Both the position numbers and the translations under genes were made by a program. This document shows, in pieces, positions 58,689-64,000 of a stretch of DNA of 64,000 bases (position 1 is its first letter; each line of letters starts with the position of its first letter). The notes beneath the pieces are model-generated. The model saw nothing but the letters and a program-made list of their open reading frames with translations. It searched no databases and had not been told where the DNA came from. The stretch is from a virus. The stretch spans positions 32,001 through 96,000 of IMG/VR virus record IMGVR_UViG_3300022752_000024; one strand, written 5' to 3'.

Positions 58689-60220
58689 TGGAAAAGGCAT
58701 ATCAATATCAACAAGCAAGAAGAATTGGAAAAATATCCATTTCAGACCTTATTGCTAAAAATATTATTGAAGGTGAAAGTATTCCTGGTGCTATAGGAAA
58801 ATCAATCTCACAAAAATTCAGGGCAAGAGCAACTAGATTTAAAGAGAAATTTGATCTTTTAAACATTGCAAGTATGCTTGTGGGTAGAAGCAGATTAGGT
58901 ACTGCTATTCTTGGTAAATTGATGGGTCGTAGTGGTGAAGATATTGCATACTTTGCTAAAAAAGGAAGCAGAGCTGGTGGCGCAAAAAATCCATTTTATA
59001 CAAGAATTGGTGCTGGTTCAAGAGAGCCAGTAAAACGAAACGATAATGTAGCGGATGTATTTGCTAAAGTATACAACTTGATGGAGCGAACGTATGAGCA
59101 AGAAAAACGTTTAAAGGAAATACAAAGTAATTTTAAAGAAGAACAAGACATAGAAGATGAAAGACGCCATGAAGAATTACTAGAAGCAATCACTGGTAAA
59201 AAATCTACTAAGCCTAAGGCGACAAAAATAAAAGAAAAGAAAGAAGAAGGCGGTGGTATTTTTGATACGATCAAGAAGATGTTTGCTGATCTAGTATCAT
59301 CTTTGAGTCCATTCATTAATTTAGCTAAAACAATTATGACTGCTTTTGGTAATGGATTTTTGAGTGTGATTGCAAGACTTGGAGCATTCTTATTAAGTCC
59401 TGTTGGTATTGCCATACTAGGACTATTGACTGTTGCTGCACTAGGAAAATATATTTTCGATCTTTGGTTACAAAGAGATGAAGCTCAAACACAAAAAGCT
59501 TTAGCTAGTGGATATGGAGGTGAAGCAGAATATGAATCAATGAAAGAAAGTCAAGAAAAAGAAGCAGAAAGAGCAAAGATAATTAAAAAATTCAATAAGG
59601 ATAAGAAAGGTGATATCACCAATGCTACCTTACCTGAACTGAATGCCTTGCGTGATGATATTCTGCAATATGGTAATCCTAGATTTCTATTAAAGAGTAA
59701 TCCTACACCATTAATCAAGGAGACGTCAAAAAAACTTGATTCTATTGAAGCAGAAATTAAAAAGAGAAAAGAAAGTCAGTCAACTACTACACCTATACCT
59801 TCAGTAGCATCACCTGCTGCAATGAGTGAGAAGACTGCTGCACCTATACCTTCAGTAGCAACTCCTGCTGCTATGAGTAACCAAACTACTATGTCATCAA
59901 GTGCAGAGCCACAATCTAAACCATTACCTGCAGGTGTCAATCTTCAAGATAATGAAAGCAGACCATCTAAACCTATTCCTGTTTCAACTGTGCCTTCTAT
60001 TCCACCAGTAGAAAATATAATGAAGCAGAATTTTGAATTAAATCTTCAAGAGAATACTGGCGGTATGGCTGGTGCACCTATAGTTATCAATAAAAATAAT
60101 GTTGGTGGTTTAAATGTTGGAAATGGTGATACCGGAACTATAACTGGTGCTGCATCTGTTCGTGATTCTCCATTAGGTGACTTGATTGGTAGATTGCAGA
60201 AAAGAGCCTCTGTAATGTAA
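58688..60220 (+). CDS. Tape-measure-like / baseplate hub protein (gp29 position)
   Basis: Helical, charged, with a hydrophobic segment (FLLSPVGIAILGLLTVAALG); last gene before the convergent gp32. Confidence 0.5.
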   Translation: MEKAYQYQQARRIGKISISDLIAKNIIEGESIPGAIGKSISQKFRARATRFKEKFDLLNIASMLVGRSRLGTAILGKLMGRSGEDIAYFAKKGSRAGGAKNPFYTRIGAGSREPVKRNDNVADVFAKVYNLMERTYEQEKRLKEIQSNFKEEQDIEDERRHEELLEAITGKKSTKPKATKIKEKKEEGGGIFDTIKKMFADLVSSLSPFINLAKTIMTAFGNGFLSVIARLGAFLLSPVGIAILGLLTVAALGKYIFDLWLQRDEAQTQKALASGYGGEAEYESMKESQEKEAERAKIIKKFNKDKKGDITNATLPELNALRDDILQYGNPRFLLKSNPTPLIKETSKKLDSIEAEIKKRKESQSTTTPIPSVASPAAMSEKTAAPIPSVATPAAMSNQTTMSSSAEPQSKPLPAGVNLQDNESRPSKPIPVSTVPSIPPVENIMKQNFELNLQENTGGMAGAPIVINKNNVGGLNVGNGDTGTITGAASVRDSPLGDLIGRLQKRASVM

Positions 60221-60266
60221 AAACCCCGCACAAGGCGGGGCTAAACAAGACCGTCTAGTCTGTTTT
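60219..60266. terminator. Terminator hairpin(s) between convergent transcription units
   Basis: CCCCGC-ACAAG-GCGGGG with an A run on the left (terminates gp32 on the minus strand); a second weak hairpin AAACAAGAC/GTCTGTTT. Confidence 0.75.
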
Positions 60267-61152
60267 AATCTTCTGCTGCAAGTTTGGCAAAGTAATCCAT
60301 GTCATCATCTTCTGACTCCTCTAAGCTAGGTGCTGCTTTAGGTGCCACTTTCTTGATAACTGGTTCTGCATCTTCAACAGTTGTTTGTGGGAAAGAACTA
60401 CCACCGTCTAGACCTAGAACTTTATCTAAACGTGCTTTCACTTGTTCATATGATTTGAACTTACTTGGGTCAATGATCTCTTTAAGAGAGTATTCAGACT
60501 TCCATACTTTCTCAAGTGTATCATCATCGTCAAGTAAAGCGGCAGGTGAATCAAATTCACATTTGTCGTAGTTTTGATAACCATCGACTTTACGAATCTT
60601 CAGTTTGAAGTTTGCACCTTTCCACAAATCAAAAGGATTCATAGGCTTCTCATCTTCAAATTCTGGATTCATAGCACCATTGATTTTATCAAAAATGATT
60701 TTACCATATTTGAACAAAAAGACTTTACCATTGTTCTCTGGACGCTTAGGGTCTTCAACAACATAGATATTTGAAATATACGATAACTTACGCTTCTGAT
60801 CACGGGCAATCTTTTTGTTTGCTTCTATGCCTGAGTTCCATAGGTTTGTGTTGTGTTCACAAACTGGACACTTGTCATTGTTTGTAGTACGACAATCATC
60901 GATCAGCCAACCACCAGGACCTTGAAAGCCATGACGGAATACTTTGACCCAAGGTAAACCTTCATCGCCATCGGCAGGTGGCTCAGGTAGAAAACGAATA
61001 ACAGCATAACCATTACCAGACTTATCTAGTTCTGGTTTCCAGTAATTGTCATCGGATGAATTTGATTCAGAATTTTGATTGAGTGATTCAATCGCTTTGG
61101 AAAGTTTGTCTAGGTTAGACGAACTCTTTTTCAATTTAGAAAAATCTGCCAT
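60265..61152 (-). CDS. gp32: Single-stranded DNA-binding protein
   Basis: DKSGNGYAVIRFLP, HGFQGPGGW, CPVCE, FDLWKGANFKLKIRKVDGYQNYD, acidic YFAKLAAED tail; ATG 61152 after AGGAG. Confidence 0.97.
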   Translation of the reverse strand: MADFSKLKKSSSNLDKLSKAIESLNQNSESNSSDDNYWKPELDKSGNGYAVIRFLPEPPADGDEGLPWVKVFRHGFQGPGGWLIDDCRTTNNDKCPVCEHNTNLWNSGIEANKKIARDQKRKLSYISNIYVVEDPKRPENNGKVFLFKYGKIIFDKINGAMNPEFEDEKPMNPFDLWKGANFKLKIRKVDGYQNYDKCEFDSPAALLDDDDTLEKVWKSEYSLKEIIDPSKFKSYEQVKARLDKVLGLDGGSSFPQTTVEDAEPVIKKVAPKAAPSLEESEDDDMDYFAKLAAED

Positions 61153-61217
61153 AGTAATCTCCTTATTAAACGGCGTATAAACGGAATATAATCGACTTGT
61201 CCACAATGTATCTCATA

Positions 61218-61246
61218 ATATTAAACTATTTAGTCTCAAATTGCAA
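61218..61246 (-). promoter_or_regulatory. Composite sigma70 plus late promoter for gp32
   Basis: TTGCAA, 17 nt, TAATAT, with CTAAATA (61227-61233) inside the spacer. Confidence 0.55.
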
Positions 61247-61270
61247 GCACTATTTTACATATTTTTACTG

Positions 61271-61900
61271 CTAGGTAATGTATGCCGAACTAGCATACAA
61301 TTCTTTTAATTTTGCTTTGTACTTCATTTTATCATAAACAAGAAATGGAGTATACTTTTCTATCTTTTTTTGCCAAGTAGGCCAGATAATATCATCGTCA
61401 ATCTTTTTTTTCCACATTGGTAAGAAGTTCATAATATCATTGAGTATTACCATAGTCTCTATGCATATTTTACTTGATGCCAATTCAGAAAGCAATATTG
61501 GAAACATACCTTGTCTTGGTTTAATAAGTTCTTCAGGATTATAATTATCCAACAAATAGGATACTTGATTTTCAAAAAGATAGAACAATGACTGGTTACG
61601 TTTTTGCCATGTGCGGTATATTTCTTCTGCTTCTTCAGTAAGTAATTCTCCTACCCACTTAGAATCATTTACTAAAAAGTTTGCAACAAAAAAACTTCTA
61701 CATTCTTCTAAGGAATATTTTCTAGATAATTTGTAGAATGAGTATTTGTTTTTATTGGTAAGAAAAGATTCTTTGGAAGTATTAGTCTTACCGTTGTACT
61801 TAAAGTAATCATAGCTGTTGCTAATAAAATGCAACCTCAATGATTGATACATCATATAAACGGCTAGTCCTCCATTTTCACTCATAGGGGTAGTCTGCAA
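61271..61900 (-). CDS. gp59: Helicase loader
   Basis: LRLHF...YDYFKYNGK, FFVANF, ETMVIL, KYTPFL; upstream of gp32. Confidence 0.9.
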   Translation of the reverse strand: MQTTPMSENGGLAVYMMYQSLRLHFISNSYDYFKYNGKTNTSKESFLTNKNKYSFYKLSRKYSLEECRSFFVANFLVNDSKWVGELLTEEAEEIYRTWQKRNQSLFYLFENQVSYLLDNYNPEELIKPRQGMFPILLSELASSKICIETMVILNDIMNFLPMWKKKIDDDIIWPTWQKKIEKYTPFLVYDKMKYKAKLKELYASSAYIT

Positions 61901-62103
61901 GTTTTCTTTATTTGATTATTGCTTTCTGCTTGTTCACGAATCTTTGATTTTAAGTTGGGTGAGATTAAAGTTGAAGCGACTTCGATTTCTAAACCTGTTT
62001 GTGAACAATGGTGCAGAATAGCATCGATATAATCAGAACTTAGCCGACTTGATAGTTCCTCAATCAACAGACTGAAATCTTTTATTTCCTCTTTCGTTGC
62101 CAT
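61882..62103 (-). CDS. gp33: Late transcription co-activator
   Basis: YIDAILHHC...LEIEVASTLISPNLKSKIREQA...LPL. Confidence 0.9.
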   Translation of the reverse strand: MATKEEIKDFSLLIEELSSRLSSDYIDAILHHCSQTGLEIEVASTLISPNLKSKIREQAESNNQIKKTCRLPL

Positions 62104-62251
62104 ATTCTTTTAGTGTCCTTATTAATTCATCAATATCTTCATCATGCATAAAAATGGTAGAAGAAAATCTAAGACCATCTTCTCTTTCATCATCAATCTT
62201 AGTTAACAAAAACTGTTTACTGCCATATGGTGATATTTTAAATCTTATCAT
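62060..62251 (-). CDS. Hypothetical protein
   Basis: 63-aa ORF coupled to the hydrolase stop (ATGA) and overlapping gp33. Confidence 0.5.
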   Translation of the reverse strand: MIRFKISPYGSKQFLLTKIDDEREDGLRFSSTIFMHDEDIDELIRTLKEYGNERGNKRFQSVD

Positions 62252-62778
62252 GTGTTTGTATAAAATATGTGATTACCAATTTGCATTACAACATGCTTTT
62301 TATTCCAACCAGGACTAACATACTTTGCATGGTAAAACATTGCTTGAGTTCTAGCTAGTTTAACATGAGCGATAGGTTGTGTCAATGCTTTCATTGCAAT
62401 ATATTTGGATTCTTCCCAAAGATAGGCATTCTTTGCCGCAGGAACAGTCGTACATGTCCAACTAAACTGACAGACACTTTTGCCATTATAATTAGTTTTT
62501 TGATATACCACACCACATATGTTTACTGGATATTTACCTGAATTAGTTCGATTGATTGTCACCTGTGCTACTGCAAGCTTTCCTTCAAAAGATTCAGATC
62601 CTGCTTCATAGTAAATATTCTTAGCTAAACATTCCATTTCTTTGCTCATGTGTACTTGAATATCAGTATTGATATCTTGTCTCACTTGATATGGAAACGA
62701 ATAGATAAGAATTACAGTAAAAAATAATATAGTAGCTATAAGCAGGTTGACACTTGTGAATATTTTATTTTTAAGCAT
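62248..62778 (-). CDS. Cell wall hydrolase (SleB/CwlJ, Hydrolase_2 family) with N-terminal membrane anchor
   Basis: CLAKNIYYEAGSE...AVAQVTINR...ICGVVYQ...CQFSW...FYHA...IGNHIFY; hydrophobic N-terminus. Confidence 0.92.
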   Translation of the reverse strand: MLKNKIFTSVNLLIATILFFTVILIYSFPYQVRQDINTDIQVHMSKEMECLAKNIYYEAGSESFEGKLAVAQVTINRTNSGKYPVNICGVVYQKTNYNGKSVCQFSWTCTTVPAAKNAYLWEESKYIAMKALTQPIAHVKLARTQAMFYHAKYVSPGWNKKHVVMQIGNHIFYTNT

Positions 62779-62798
62779 TACTTCTCCTTAATAGTTAG

Positions 62799-62818
62799 GG
62801 AGAGACCGAAGTCTCTCT
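62799..62818 (-). other. cUUCGg RNA hairpin upstream of the hydrolase RBS
   Basis: GAGAGAC-TTCG-GTCTCTC without a U tail. Confidence 0.7.
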
Positions 62819-62826
62819 TGTCCCAA

Positions 62827-62892
62827 TCAGGTAGACTTTTTGCTAGTAGTCTTTTCTGGTATGATATTTGAAACGAATCCGTTTAAGGATTG
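62827..62892 (-). pseudogene. Start-less 3' remnant of a small gene (QSLNGFVSNIIPEKTTSKKST*)
   Basis: Protein-like tail fused directly to a CA-rich leader, with no RBS or ATG in frame; resembles from memory the C-terminus of a small protein common in aquatic T4-like phages (unverified). Confidence 0.45.
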
Positions 62893-62914
62893 TGTTGTGT
62901 GTAAAAAGTGTGGT

Positions 62915-62948
62915 AGTGAGTTTATTTCTCAGGTACTCACTCGACCTG
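62915..62948 (-). other. H-type RNA pseudoknot
   Basis: S1 CAGGT/ACCTG, L1 CG, S2 AGTGAGT/ACTCACT, L2 0 nt, L3 AGAAATAA. Confidence 0.7.
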
Positions 62949-62954
62949 TGATAT

Positions 62955-62961
62955 TATTTAG
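62955..62961 (-). promoter_or_regulatory. Late promoter box CTAAATA overlapping the pqqA stop
   Basis: CGCTAAATA, 6 nt upstream of the pseudoknot. Confidence 0.5.
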
Positions 62962-63032
62962 CGATTTGCAATATACATGGAAATTTCAAAACCAAAACGC
63001 ATATCTTGTGCTGAAGGTGTAGTCCATTTCAT
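62958..63032 (-). CDS. pqqA: Pyrroloquinoline quinone precursor peptide PqqA (24 aa)
   Basis: Not in ORF track. AAGGAG RBS then MKWTTPSAQDMRFGFEISMYIANR*; WxxP, D(M/L)RxGxE-x-x-x-Y and terminal NR are the PqqA signature. Confidence 0.93.
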   Translation of the reverse strand: MKWTTPSAQDMRFGFEISMYIANR

Positions 63033-63098
63033 ATCATTCTCCTTGATTTGTCATAGCAAAATACTACGACTATAATTATATATGCATAGTGTAACACG

Positions 63099-63128
63099 AA
63101 TGTAATAATTAAAACCATTAAAATGCAA
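63099..63128 (-). promoter_or_regulatory. Candidate sigma70 promoter for pqqA
   Basis: TTGCAT, 18 nt, TACATT; a further TATAAT box lies downstream. Confidence 0.4.
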
Positions 63129-63420
63129 GGTGATTGGGTAATAAGGACACCTTGCGAAACCCCAAGAGAATTAAGCCGCTAGGCGTTCATCTCCAAAATA
63201 TGCATCGTTTGCATTTACTTGTTTTGCTCGGATTACGTCCGTCGCCTTTCGTGTTGCCTTCTCTATTATCTCACCCTGTCGAAACCAGGTCATCCCCATC
63301 AGAAGTACACAATCCCCGCTAGAGCCCTAAGAGGTTTCTTTCATCTAGGACAACTATGCACTTCTGGTGGAGATGGAGGGAATCGAACCCTCGTCCAGAA
63401 TGCCTTCACTTTGAAGGAAT
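63125..63420 (-). ncRNA. ssrA: Circularly permuted (two-piece) tmRNA; tag ANDAYFGDERLAA
   Basis: Acceptor piece (about 63420-63365) ...GACGAGGGTTCGATTCCCTC-CATCTCC-A-CCA precedes the coding piece starting GGGGATG at 63297; stem with G3.U70; tag frame 63212-63171. Outer ends approximate. Confidence 0.92.
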
Positions 63421-63448
63421 TACAACAATTCTAATTCTTGTATTTTAT

Positions 63449-63541
63449 TTATTCATTGTAGCTATACAATAACCAAATACAAATGGATATCAAACAACCA
63501 ATAGCTAACCCGATACAGAATCCAGTTATGTATTGTATCAT
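63449..63541 (-). CDS. Possible 30-aa hydrophobic membrane peptide
   Basis: MIQYITGFCIGLAIGCLISICIWLLYSYNE*; weak RBS; its start overlaps a promoter. Confidence 0.35.
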   Translation of the reverse strand: MIQYITGFCIGLAIGCLISICIWLLYSYNE

Positions 63542-63560
63542 TCTTTATTGATTATGTCAA
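63532..63560 (-). promoter_or_regulatory. Strong sigma70 promoter upstream of tmRNA
   Basis: TTGACA, 17 nt, TACAAT with extended -10 TG; a late box AATAAATA also occurs at 63446-63453. Confidence 0.75.
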
Positions 63561-63563
63561 TGC

Positions 63564-64000
63564 TTATTTCGGTGTATTTTGGCGATAATACGTAATTACA
63601 TCAATTAAACCATCAATATGATCTTTGACTTTTTCTTTGAAGATTATTGGAGCAGAATCTTTTACTGCCATAATGATAACCAGATTATCAATTGGAGTAC
63701 CAATTAATTCTTCATACATCGAAGCATAAGCAGTAGTTTGCCAAAAATAGTCTAAAACATCTTCTTTTCTTTTTACTTTACTAGATGTTTTAAAGTCTAT
63801 TACAGAAAGTTCACCTTCATACTCTGCTATACAGTCAACACGACCTGCCATACCTAAAGTCTTAGACCACAATGCTTGTTCTTGATAATGAATGTTATCT
63901 ATGTTGTCTAAGAAAGGTTTAATAGAGAGAAAATACTCAACAGCATCAGGCATGATGCCTCTCATATAATATGGTTCATTGTTGAGATAATTCTCACAGA
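63564..64000 (-). CDS. PD-(D/E)XK exonuclease, 5'-partial
   Basis: E...AGRVDCI...VIDFKTS...YFWQTTAYA; frame continues past the window edge (CENYLNNEPYY...). Confidence 0.88.
   Translation of the reverse strand, partial: CENYLNNEPYYMRGIMPDAVEYFLSIKPFLDNIDNIHYQEQALWSKTLGMAGRVDCIAEYEGELSVIDFKTSSKVKRKEDVLDYFWQTTAYASMYEELIGTPIDNLVIIMAVKDSAPIIFKEKVKDHIDGLIDVITYYRQNTPK

Noticed and set aside
63034-63054. Upstream mini-ORF MTNQGE* before pqqA
   Set aside because: No RBS of its own; it merely spans the pqqA Shine-Dalgarno and is likely chance.
63365-63400. tRNA gene (GGTTCGATTCC T-arm and CCA)
   Set aside because: No matching 5' acceptor strand, D arm or anticodon arm upstream; the partner strand lies downstream, so it is the acceptor piece of a permuted tmRNA.
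62840-63434. + strand ORFs 62840-63022, 63134-63322 and 63219-63434
   Set aside because: They are antisense to pqqA and the tmRNA, which explain the sequence better.
1-64000. Alternative genetic code (stop-codon reassignment)
   Set aside because: Core genes translate full-length in the standard code, and TAA, TGA and TAG all end genes at expected positions.

Overview
A 64 kb segment of an AT-rich T4-like (myovirus) phage genome. Most of it is the virion morphogenesis region: head gp20-23, terminase gp16/17, neck/tail gp13-15/18/19/3, repeat-rich fibres, baseplate gp5/6/7/8/25/27/48/53/54/26/51, and gp2/gp4. Replication, recombination and late-transcription genes flank it (gp47, gp55, uvsW, uvsY, gp32, gp59, gp33). 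The main signals are missing from the ORF track. (1) A 24-aa PqqA (PQQ cofactor precursor peptide) gene lies directly downstream of (2) a circularly permuted two-piece tmRNA gene, followed by an H-type pseudoknot and a gene remnant. (3) A U_UUU_UUC slippery site would fuse gp26 to gp51 by a -1 frameshift, in the lambda G/GT position before tape-measure-like genes. (4) A consensus sigma70 promoter points antisense just upstream of the late sigma factor gp55. (5) Three late genes appear leaderless. (6) gp14 appears to start at ATC. (7) gp18 has a 1-nt frameshift that is probably a sequence error. All product calls come from motif recognition and synteny; no database search was run.
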